Shown: positions 50,045-59,700 of the stretch, in pieces
Layout: each line of letters opens with the position of its first letter
How positions within the stretch are numbered: position 1 is the stretch's first letter
NCBI GenBank assembly: GCA_963664705.1
Contig: OY761556.1
Coordinates: forward strand, 1,760,001-1,824,000
Length of the DNA stretch: 64,000 nucleotides
Origin: Acidobacteriota bacterium
GTDB taxonomy: Bacteria > Acidobacteriota > UBA6911
Reading direction: 5' to 3'
Position numbers and translations under genes: made by a program
Notes under the pieces: generated by a model
Databases searched by the model: none
Seen by the model: the letters and a program-made list of their open reading frames with translations, nothing else
Told to the model about the DNA's origin: nothing

Positions 50045-51788
50045 AATCGAATTTGTTGATCAGACAATCCGCGATGCACAGCAAAGCCTGTGGGGATTGA
50101 TGATGAGGACGGACCATATCGTCCCGATTGCGGAGATGATGGATAAGGTAGGTTATCGAGCCATCGCCACCGTGGGATCACAGGCATTTACCATTCAGGT
50201 GCGCAATCATCGGGAAGATCCCTGGGATCGGATCCGGCAGCTGTCGAAATTGCTGCCCGGCACTCCTCTTCGGGGATCGTATCAGACTGCAAGTTTATCC
50301 TCTTTCGATCTGAGCACGCCGCGAAGCATTATCGAACTGTGGATTCGGCGCTCGGTAGCCAACGGCATTCGTAGTTTCTGGATCTGTGATTATCAGGAAA
50401 ATATGGATCGATTCCGCTATTTTGCATCAATAGCAAAGGCGGAGGGTGCCGAGATTGTAACAGCGCTTATGTATACGTCGAGCCCGCTCCATGATAACGA
50501 TCATTGGGTTCAGAAAGCGCGGCTGATTGCCTCTGCGAAAGAATGCACCGACCGCATCATGATCGAAGATGCTTCTGGAGTCATGACTCCGGAGCGCGTA
50601 GGGCAGTTGGTTGGCCTGGTGCGGGAGAATTGCGACGGGATTCCGCTGGAATTTCACTGTCACTGCAATTCGGGATTAGCTCCGCTCTGCTATCTTGAAG
50701 CGGTCAAGGCTGGCGTAACGACCCTGCATACTGCGGTGGCGCCTCTTGCCAACGGGACTTCGCTGCCCGCGACCGAATCCATTGTCAGAAATATCCGGCG
50801 ATTGGGTTTTGAAACAAGCATTGACGTGGATGCCCTGGCAGCGGTGTCCAATCATTTCAGGGCGATTGCTGAAAAGGAAAATCTGCCTTTGGGCGTGCCT
50901 CGTGATTATGACCTCTTTCATTTTGAGCACCAGGTTCCCGGCGGCATGATGACGAATCTTACTCGACAGCTGAGAGAAGTGAAGCTGGAGCATCGATTGG
51001 ATGAAATCCTGGAGGAGGTTGCTCACGTTCGCAAAGACCTTGGATATCCTGTAATGGCAACTCCGTATTCGCAGATTGTGGGAAGCCAGGCGTTTGAAAA
51101 TGTGATTGCCGGCGAGCGATATAGAAATATAACGGAGGAAGTTATCAAGTATGCGCTGGATCTGTATGGAAAGCCGGCGTTTCCGTTGGACGGCAATCTC
51201 ATGGATAAGATTATGAGTCTGCCGAAAGCCAAAGAGTTCCTTGACTGGAAACCACAAGGCTATTTCAAATCGGTTGAAGAGCTGCGGCTGGAAATAGGGC
51301 CGGATCTATCTGATGATGACCTGCTGTTGAAAATTCTGATCCCGGGCAAGCAATCGCTTAAAAGGGGATCCAATCCCTCTCGGCCGGCGAAATCTGACGC
51401 TCCGCGAGTTTCCTCTGAGACAGTGACTGCAGATCGAAGCGGCTTACCGACAGAACTCTGTATTGAGGTGGATGGCGAGATTTTTAACGTCAGAATAACT
51501 GCAGCGAAACCGGGCACAGGGGCGGTTGATGTCGCTCAGCCGGAATCTCGCCATTCAGAAAAGGCGAATTCGGTGCCCGGCGCTGTTCCATGCGGAATGG
51601 CGGGATTGATACTATCGATCAATGCAAAAGTGGGAGATGTCGTGTCGGAAGGCGATCCGATAGCCGTGATTGAGGCAATGAAAATGCGGCGGCAGATTCC
51701 TTCTCCCGGACCCGGAATGGTTCATGAAATCCGAGCCAAAGAGGGGGAAATTGTCAGTGCCGAAGATATTCTGATGGTGATCCGCTAA
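50037..51788 (+). CDS. Pyruvate-carboxylase-B/OadA-like carboxyltransferase with biotin carrier domain, divergent
   Basis: DQTIRDAQQSL, HCH, HQVPGGMMTNL, TPYSQIVG, EAMKM biotinylation motif. Confidence 0.88.
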   Translation: MTRIEFVDQTIRDAQQSLWGLMMRTDHIVPIAEMMDKVGYRAIATVGSQAFTIQVRNHREDPWDRIRQLSKLLPGTPLRGSYQTASLSSFDLSTPRSIIELWIRRSVANGIRSFWICDYQENMDRFRYFASIAKAEGAEIVTALMYTSSPLHDNDHWVQKARLIASAKECTDRIMIEDASGVMTPERVGQLVGLVRENCDGIPLEFHCHCNSGLAPLCYLEAVKAGVTTLHTAVAPLANGTSLPATESIVRNIRRLGFETSIDVDALAAVSNHFRAIAEKENLPLGVPRDYDLFHFEHQVPGGMMTNLTRQLREVKLEHRLDEILEEVAHVRKDLGYPVMATPYSQIVGSQAFENVIAGERYRNITEEVIKYALDLYGKPAFPLDGNLMDKIMSLPKAKEFLDWKPQGYFKSVEELRLEIGPDLSDDDLLLKILIPGKQSLKRGSNPSRPAKSDAPRVSSETVTADRSGLPTELCIEVDGEIFNVRITAAKPGTGAVDVAQPESRHSEKANSVPGAVPCGMAGLILSINAKVGDVVSEGDPIAVIEAMKMRRQIPSPGPGMVHEIRAKEGEIVSAEDILMVIR

Positions 51789-53266
51789 TGTTTAAAAAGA
51801 TGCTCATTGCCAATCGCGGCGAGATTGCAATTCGTGTCATGCGGGCCTGCCGGGAAATGGGAATTGCTTCCGCCGCGGTATTCTCGGAAGCGGACAGGAA
51901 TGCACTGTTTGTAAAATATGCCGATGAGGCTTACTTTATTGGGCCGGCCCCGGCCTCCCAAAGTTACCTGGATATCGCCAAGGTGATCAATGCGGCCAAG
52001 GAATGCAATGCGGATGCAATTCATCCGGGGTATGGATTTTTGGCCGAGAATCCGGCTTTTGCAAAGGCCTGTTCTGAATCGGGGTTGAAATTCATCGGTC
52101 CTTCAGCCGAAGTGCTCGCGCTGATGGGAGACAAGATTGCGGCCAGGCGTGAGATGGAAAAGGCCGGCGTTCCGATGGTACCCGGATCGAAGGATTGCAT
52201 CACAGGTGTCGATGATGCCAGGCGAGCGGCTGCGGAGATCGGCTATCCGGTCATTATCAAACCTTCCGGTGGCGGAGGCGGAATCGGAATGACGGTTGTT
52301 GAATCCGAGGCAGAACTTGCCAATGCGCTGGAATCCACACAGGCGATAGCCAGGAACACGTTCGGCCTGGCGGCTATATACATTGAGAAGTATCTTCGAA
52401 ATCCCCGCCACATCGAATTTCAAATCCTTGGAGATGCCTCCGGAGCCGTCATTCACCTGGGTGAGCGGGAATGCTCCATACAGAGACGGCATCAGAAACT
52501 AATTGAGGAATCGCCTTCCACCGCGCTAACTGAAGAAATGCGATCCAGGATGGGTGAGGTTGCGGCCAGGGCTGCTCAGTGTGTGGGATATCAGGGAGCA
52601 GGGACAGTCGAGTTTTTATATTCATCTGGAAAATTCTACTTTTTAGAGGTGAATGCGAGAGTTCAGGTGGAACATCCCGTTACTGAAATGGTAACGGGAA
52701 TCGACATTGTCAAGGAGCAGATTCGAATTGCATCCGGGCTCAAGATGAATGTGCGGCAGCCGGATGTCAAGATCAACGGCCATGCAATAGAATGCCGGAT
52801 AAATGCGGAAGACCCCTTGAACGATTTCGTTCCGACCCCTGGCAAAATCACCGGCTATTATGCTCCGGATGGGCCGGGTGTCCGGGTAGACAGTGGCGCG
52901 TACAGTGCATGCGATATATCGCCATTTTATGACCCGTTGATTGCCAAGGTAATCTGTTGGGGACGAAGCCGGGAAGAGGCTGTTCGTAGAATGGAGCGGG
53001 CGCTTTTCGAGTTTTCAATTTCCGGAGTCCGGACCAATATCCCTTTTCATCAGGCCGTTATGGGGAATGCGAATTTTGGAAAGGGTGATTTGGGAACGCA
53101 ATTCATCGAGAGAGAAAACTCACTCTTCGAGAATATGCGGAAGATCGCGGAAAGCGGACAAACCTTGGCTGGTAGAATTCCCCAGTTCGATGAGAGGAAG
53201 AAGCGGGCGGCTGTGATCGCTGCCGCGGCTTTTGTGGCAGGAAGGCGGGGAGACGGTTCAAGTTAG
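51788..53266 (+). CDS. Biotin carboxylase subunit (PycA/AccC type)
   Basis: IANRGEIA, HPGYGFLAEN, GGGGIGM, ERECSIQRRHQK, EVNARVQVEHPVTE, RINAED, YDPLIAK. Confidence 0.95.
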   Translation: MFKKMLIANRGEIAIRVMRACREMGIASAAVFSEADRNALFVKYADEAYFIGPAPASQSYLDIAKVINAAKECNADAIHPGYGFLAENPAFAKACSESGLKFIGPSAEVLALMGDKIAARREMEKAGVPMVPGSKDCITGVDDARRAAAEIGYPVIIKPSGGGGGIGMTVVESEAELANALESTQAIARNTFGLAAIYIEKYLRNPRHIEFQILGDASGAVIHLGERECSIQRRHQKLIEESPSTALTEEMRSRMGEVAARAAQCVGYQGAGTVEFLYSSGKFYFLEVNARVQVEHPVTEMVTGIDIVKEQIRIASGLKMNVRQPDVKINGHAIECRINAEDPLNDFVPTPGKITGYYAPDGPGVRVDSGAYSACDISPFYDPLIAKVICWGRSREEAVRRMERALFEFSISGVRTNIPFHQAVMGNANFGKGDLGTQFIERENSLFENMRKIAESGQTLAGRIPQFDERKKRAAVIAAAAFVAGRRGDGSS

Positions 53267-53324
53267 TTTTGCCGGCAAATGGAGTTTCGGTAGGTAAATG
53301 CTGCGGGAACGCATGGGGGTGGTC

Positions 53325-54569
53325 ATGAGCCAGAAGCCGAAAGTGCTGATGATTGTCACGCTGGATACCAAGGAGGTTGAGGCCGGATTCATCAAGCAGT
53401 GCCTTGAAGAACGGGGAGTTGAGGTATATCAGCTTGATGGCAGCGTGCGGCGAAATGTGAATGCTGCGGCGGATATCACGCCGGATCAAATTGCGGCAGC
53501 GGCGGGAACAACGATGCCGACAGTGCGAGCCCTCAACCAGGAAGCCGAATCTCTCGAAATCATGATCAGGGGTGCGGTGAAATGTGCGCTGGAATTGCAT
53601 GCCAGAGTCGGACTCTGCGGAATTATAGGCATTGGCGGCTCTCTGGGTACTGATCTGGGCACTGCAGTAATGCGGGCTTTTCCTGTCGGATTGCCCAAAG
53701 TGATGATTTCGACTATGGCTTCCGGCATGGTTCGACCGTTTGTGGGCACTAAAGACATAATGATGCTTCCCTCCATTTGTGATATCGCGGGCATGAATGC
53801 GGTTACACAATGCGTCCTCCGAAATGGAGCATTGGCATTGGCCGGAATGGCACTGGGATATAAGCCTGTCCAGCCTTCTGAACGGCCGCTTGTCGTCATT
53901 TCCACTCTGGGTGCCACTGAAAAGTGTTGTGGCGCAATTCGCCATGCACTCGAGCTGCATGGGTTCGATGTCATGGTTTTCCACACACAGGGCGTGGGTG
54001 GGGTTGCCATGGATGAGGCTATCCGTGAGCAGAATGTTTCCATTGCGGTGCATCTATCACTGATTGAAGTCAGCGATTATCTTTGCCATGGCCTTTACAG
54101 TGGGGGGCCCGATAGATGCAAGGCTTCGCTCGAAAAGGGAATTCCGACGATATTCGCTCCCGGCAATATAGACTTCATGGTCGCCGGGCCTATTGAGGAT
54201 GCACGAGTAAGGTTTCCTGGAAGGCGATACCATGTGCACAATGCCGAGTTAACTGCCGTACGCTCGGAAGCCGGCGAGTTCAAGCGAATGGCAGAGCATA
54301 TGGCCGGCCTCATCCGGGAAGCCAGGGGGCGGGTTGCCTTTTTTGTTCCATTGCTGGGTTTCTCGGCACACGACAGTGAACAGGGACATCTGCACGATGT
54401 ATCCTTGCCGCCGATCTTTGCGGAGCACTTAAAACAGGTAATGCCCGAAGGGATACCGATTGAAGTCCTTCACAACCATATCAATGACGCGGCGTTTGCC
54501 AATAGAATCACCGAGCAGGTGCTTGCTTTCCAGAGAGATACTGTCGCGGTAAAAGTCAATGCGCCATAA
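53325..54569 (+). CDS. UPF0261/Tm-1-like ATP-binding domain protein (copy 2)
   Basis: TLDTKEVE, IGGSLGT, PVGLPKVMIST, SICDIAGMN, FHTQGVGG, PGNIDF, HNAELT, HINDAAFA. Confidence 0.88.
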   Translation: MSQKPKVLMIVTLDTKEVEAGFIKQCLEERGVEVYQLDGSVRRNVNAAADITPDQIAAAAGTTMPTVRALNQEAESLEIMIRGAVKCALELHARVGLCGIIGIGGSLGTDLGTAVMRAFPVGLPKVMISTMASGMVRPFVGTKDIMMLPSICDIAGMNAVTQCVLRNGALALAGMALGYKPVQPSERPLVVISTLGATEKCCGAIRHALELHGFDVMVFHTQGVGGVAMDEAIREQNVSIAVHLSLIEVSDYLCHGLYSGGPDRCKASLEKGIPTIFAPGNIDFMVAGPIEDARVRFPGRRYHVHNAELTAVRSEAGEFKRMAEHMAGLIREARGRVAFFVPLLGFSAHDSEQGHLHDVSLPPIFAEHLKQVMPEGIPIEVLHNHINDAAFANRITEQVLAFQRDTVAVKVNAP

Positions 54570-54708
54570 TGGCGTGTCCGCAGATATGACGGCAGGATGG
54601 GATTCGTTATGGCGGTTGAAGAGTCTGCAATAAGACTAATCTGGAGAACGCACGCGGTCGATCAAGAATATTTAGTGGCGTCTTTGGGCGCGTTGGAGAG
54701 TCATCCAG

Positions 54709-55086
54709 ATGGCACGTATTCTGATAATTGATGACGAAGAGCCGGTTCGCAGGCTGCTGCTGAAAACGCTGGAGCGGGCGAAACACGAAGTCTACCAGGC
54801 AGACAACGGAAAGAGCGGGCTGCGGCAATGCTCCCAGGTTCCAATTGATCTTGTGATCACCGACATCGTCATGCCTGACGGTGAAGGACTCGAAACCATA
54901 ATGCAGCTAAAACAGCTGCATCCCGGCCTAAAGATCTTTGCGATGTCAGGAGCTCAATTCAATATGGGATTGGACGTTCTGGCTCTTGCCAAATCACTCG
55001 GAGCTGCGAGAATTTTTCAAAAACCATTCACCATTGAAGAAATCATCAAAGCGGTAAATGACGAAACCTCGGCCTCTTCGCTGTAA
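54709..55086 (+). CDS. Single-domain response regulator
   Basis: ILIIDDE, ITDIVMP, MSG, QKPF. Confidence 0.9.
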   Translation: MARILIIDDEEPVRRLLLKTLERAKHEVYQADNGKSGLRQCSQVPIDLVITDIVMPDGEGLETIMQLKQLHPGLKIFAMSGAQFNMGLDVLALAKSLGAARIFQKPFTIEEIIKAVNDETSASSL

Positions 55087-55143
55087 CTTGACCGGATAAT
55101 TCCAGCCTTTCACTGTCCGCCGCAAGCTCGTTTTTACCACCGG

Positions 55144-55587
55144 CTAAATCGCTGTATTTTTATCCTTAACAAGCTTATTAACCCAGAGCGTGATGCAGTT
55201 GCCACGGCGGTTATGTGCAAGTCTGTCGGAACAGGATGCCATGATGCAAAGTCCGCGGCCGCTGGTGGCTTCGAAATCGGGAAAGGGCAGCCGGCGAAGC
55301 TTTCTCCAGTTAAACCCCGGGCCATCATCCGCTACGGATATTCGAATCCATTTCCTTCCAATGTGAGCATCCAGCCTAACGCTTTTCGTATTCTGATTGC
55401 GATTGCCGTGAAGAATGGCATTGTTCAGAGCTTCGCGCAGAGCCAGTTCAAGAAAGAACCAGCGGCCATTCAATCCCTCGGACTCGAGGAATTTGCGTAT
55501 CTCACCACAAAGGATGTCCACCTCAGATACATTCGAAGGACTGATTCTGTGGTATGAATTCGGGCCAATTTCCGATTGAGAAGTCAC
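55144..55587 (-). CDS. RsbW/SpoIIAB-like anti-sigma Ser/Thr kinase (HATPase_c_2)
   Basis: EALNNAILHGN, DDGPGF, SGRGL, GNCITL. Confidence 0.87.
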   Translation of the reverse strand: MTSQSEIGPNSYHRISPSNVSEVDILCGEIRKFLESEGLNGRWFFLELALREALNNAILHGNRNQNTKSVRLDAHIGRKWIRISVADDGPGFNWRKLRRLPFPDFEATSGRGLCIMASCSDRLAHNRRGNCITLWVNKLVKDKNTAI

Positions 55588-56696
55588 ACTTCAACTCCCA
55601 TTAGTACAATATCATCCTGCGGAACCAGGCCCGCCGTAACCGCGCGCATGATCTCCGTTGCCGAGTCCTGCAGCGGTGTATTGGCCGACTGGCTGCAGGC
55701 ATCGGCCAGACGCTGTATGCCGTCATCGCGATTGCCGCCAATTTCTATTAGGCCATCCGAGTATAGAATGAACCGGTCTCCACGCTGTACCTGCAGTTCT
55801 GCGGTGCTAAAGACCGCATCATGAAAGGCACCCAGGACATCGCCTTCCTGATGCAGGATTTCAGCCGCGTCGTTCTGCTTGCGTACAACAATCATGGGGG
55901 GATGGCCTGCATTGACAATGATCAACTGTCCGCTTCGACGGTTGAGCCGCGCATAAATAAGGGTAACAAAAACGCCGCTCGGCAAAACGCGGAAAAGGGC
56001 ATCATTGATCGACTGCAGAATTTGCCTGGGCGTGTTGACCGTTTTTGCATAGGCAACAAGCAGGGTTTTGAGCGCTGCTGTCCAGAACGAGGCTCCGATA
56101 TCGTGGCCGCTGACATCCGCTACCAGATAGTCCACAATCGCATGCCCGATGGGGATAACATCATAAAAATCTCCGCCTGCTTTTAGGACCTGGTTGAGGG
56201 CAATGGAAAACCCTGCTTCAGGTAAATCTGCAGGTTGGGGCATGATGGCTTCCTGGGCAACTACCAATTGCTGGATGCGTTCGGACTGCAATTCGACAAG
56301 CATCTGGTAGGTATGTCGCAATCGAAGATGAGTGCTGACTCGGGCAATGATTTCGGCCGCCTCCACGGGCTTGCTGATGTAATCCACACCACCCGCCTCA
56401 AACGCCTGGACCTTTATCGAAACATCATCGTAGGAGGAAAGAAAGATGATGGGAATTTGAGAGGTTGGCGATGAGCTTTGAAGTCGCTTACACAAATCAA
56501 TGCCATTCCCGTCCGGCAGGCCAATATCCAAAAGGATGATATCCGGTGACTCTGTGCGTGCTCGAGTTTCGGCGCCGGCAATGTCAAATGCGGAAATGGT
56601 CTGGAAACCCTCATACCTCAGGACCGATTCAATGATGCTGTTGGTGATGGAGTCATCATCCACAATGAGTATCAGGGGAGATGTGTTGCCGGCCAT
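55584..56696 (-). CDS. REC plus PP2C (SpoIIE/RsbU-like) phosphatase
   Basis: Receiver domain, then GGDFYD, ADVSGH, NAGHP, YSDGL, DDIVL. Confidence 0.92.
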   Translation of the reverse strand: MAGNTSPLILIVDDDSITNSIIESVLRYEGFQTISAFDIAGAETRARTESPDIILLDIGLPDGNGIDLCKRLQSSSPTSQIPIIFLSSYDDVSIKVQAFEAGGVDYISKPVEAAEIIARVSTHLRLRHTYQMLVELQSERIQQLVVAQEAIMPQPADLPEAGFSIALNQVLKAGGDFYDVIPIGHAIVDYLVADVSGHDIGASFWTAALKTLLVAYAKTVNTPRQILQSINDALFRVLPSGVFVTLIYARLNRRSGQLIIVNAGHPPMIVVRKQNDAAEILHQEGDVLGAFHDAVFSTAELQVQRGDRFILYSDGLIEIGGNRDDGIQRLADACSQSANTPLQDSATEIMRAVTAGLVPQDDIVLMGVEV

Positions 56697-56726
56697 TATG
56701 CTATCTATTCCTTTTCCATGTTTTCT

Positions 56727-59700
56727 TTATTGGGATGATTCGGTGATGGCTGCGGATATTTCCTGCGATGTTATCTGAAATTCCCGTTCGAGATCTGCCA
56801 CCATCCCTGCAATAGCGGTCGATGACACCTCTGTGGCGGACTTCTCCAGTGACTGCGCGACAGCCCGGAAGGCCTCGCAGCTCATATTGGCTGCAGCCCC
56901 TTTGATCCGATGCGCCAGGCGGCTTATTTCCTGAACGTCTCCTTTGGCCATGGCCGTTTTGAGGTAATCTATCTGAACTGGCATATCGCTCAGGAATGCA
57001 TCCTTCAATTTGCAGGCAAGAGCGATGTTATTTCCAATTCTGCGAAGCAGGCTATCGCGGTCAAAGGCCTTGACTACTTTCTGTGCGGATGGATCTTTAG
57101 GTATGCCGGAAGGGATGATGATCGCGGGAGCCTTTTTATCGGAATCTTTGACTGAGACGGCAATGGGCGCGCTGCTGCCGTGGGTCCATCGGCGGATCGT
57201 CTTTTCCAGGGTCTCGGGATGAATGGGTTTTGTCAGATAATCGTTCATGCCCGCATCCAGGCAGGACTGCCTGTCCTTGCCGGTCGCAAAGGCAGTCAGG
57301 GCGATGATGGGAAGCGTTTTGTTTTGCTCGCCGGCTTCTCCCTGGCGTATGCGGCGACTTGATTCAAAGCCATCCATTTCGGGCATTTGACAATCCATCA
57401 GGATAAGGTTGTAGTCATATCTTGCCAGTGCATCCAGAACCTCGCGGCCATTGGTAACTGCTTCGGCCTCCAATCCGAGTTGCTCCAAAATGGCAACCAT
57501 TAACATACGGTTGGTGTCATTGTCGTCCGCCAATAAAATACGGATCTGCGCTGACCCTTCCGCCAAGCCGGTGAGCGAGCTATTCTGGGTGTCTTTTTTG
57601 GGCAATATTCGTCCGGCATATGAATCCTGTGCACGGCCGAAAACAGCAGTAAACCAGAATGTAGAACCCAAGCCCTCTTTGCTCTCCACGCCAATGGCGC
57701 CGCCCATAAGCTCGCAGAGCTCTTTCGAAATGGCGAGCCCAAGACCGGTACCCCCATATTTGCGGGATGTAGAACTATCTAGTTGGGTAAAGGGTGAAAA
57801 CAGCGAGGCCACTCTGTCTTCAGGTATGCCGATTCCCGTATCCCGGACAAAAAAGCGAAGCCTTATTTCGTGATCGAAATCATAATCCTGGATGACGTGA
57901 ATGGATATTTCTCCGCGGCTTGTAAACTTTACAGCATTTCCTCCAAGATTGAGCAGGATTTGCCGCAGGCGGGTTGGATCACCATTAAGAAAAGGAAGAA
58001 CGTTGGAATCGATCTGGTATTTGAAGTCCAGATTTTTGGTGTGCGCAATAACGGAAAGGATTTCGGAAGTCTCCGAAAGGATGGCTTCCAAATCGAAATC
58101 AACGTGCTCCAGCTCAAGTTTGTGCGCCTCGATTTTGGAAAAATCAAGGATGTCGTTAATGATTGCCAGCAGTGACTCGGCGCTTGAACAGGCAAGCTCC
58201 GCGAAACGATGCTGCTCGGGCGGAAGGGACGATTTCATCAGCAGTTTGGTCATGCCGATGATGCCATTCATGGGCGTTCGGATTTCATGGCTCATGTTGG
58301 CCAGGAATGCGCTTTTGGACTGGTTCGCCTGCTCTGCCTGTTCTGCAAGCTGGCTGGAACGGCTGATGGCTTCCTCGAGTCGATGATTGGCCAGGCGGAG
58401 TTCCTGCTCTGCATTTTTCCGGTCTGTAATATCACGCATGATGCCGACGGCATGCCATTTTCCTTTGATTCGGAGGGGAGCCAGGGAAAGCTCAACAGGG
58501 AACTCACATCCATCTTTGCGAACGGCGGACAGCTCGAGTGTCTGCCCAACCGCCGCGCCCTTGCCTGTCTCCCAAAAGGTTTTAACACCCTCTTCGCAGG
58601 AAGGTGGATAGCTTGCAGGAGCAAGCAGCGCATGCAGGTTTTGCCCCAATGCCTCGGTTTTCGAATATCCGAAAATGCGGGCGGCAGAATCATTCCAGAG
58701 GGAAATATTGCCCTGAAAATCCGACATGATAATGGCATCCTGTGCCGCGCTGATCAATTGGTTCAGGCGCTCCTGGCTTTCAATCAGCAACTCCTCTGCC
58801 TTTTTGCGCTCGGAAAGATCGATAAAGCACTCCAGCAGTTTCTCCTGGCCGTTTAGGATGATTCTCTTAACGGTTTTAAGAATTGGAAGACGGCTGCCAT
58901 CGGCGCAAAGCATTTCTCTTTCGGAATGATCGATGTCTTTATTCAGATCACAGACAGGGCAAGCATTATCAGGGGCAGGACAAATCAACTGGTGGCAGCG
59001 CCGGCCCACCAGGTTGTCGATTGAAACACCCGATAAAATGACGGCATGATCATTGGCGCGCTCAATAATCCTGGTTTTAGGGTCAACAACGGTGACTGCT
59101 ACTGGAAGTGTCGACAGGAGCGAGCGCTGCAAACCCTCGCTTTCCCGAAGTGCGTCCTCCGCCTTTTTTCTTTCGGTAATATCGCGAATGACGCCGATCA
59201 CTCCGATAATGTCCCCGGAGGAGCTGATTTGTGGACTATAAACCGCGGAGACCCAGGCAGTTTTTCCATTATCGGGGACGACGACATACAAATCCGGCAA
59301 AACTACGGTTTCTCCGGACAATACTCGAAGAATAACCTCCTCGGATATCGGAGTAGGAACCGGAGCATCCGGACCAAAGGCCTGCTTGCCCAATACTCTG
59401 TGTGCCGGGATGTCGGTAACGGCCTCCAGTTGCTTGTTCCACAGAACATATTTGAGATCTTTATCGAAGGCCACAATTGAGTCCATGGCGCTGTCAATAA
59501 CATTGCGAATGAATTGCTCTCTTTCGCGCAGTTCCGAGGATCGGGCATGGACCTGCAATTCCAGCAGAAGATGACGATTGCTTTGGGAACCGATAAAGAC
59601 GGTCAATGTTGCTGTGATCAGCAGTCCTGCCAAAAGCATGCCGATTTCGCTCCATTGCGCATTTCCAATCTCAAAGGAGGCTCCCGGATTTACTGTGATT

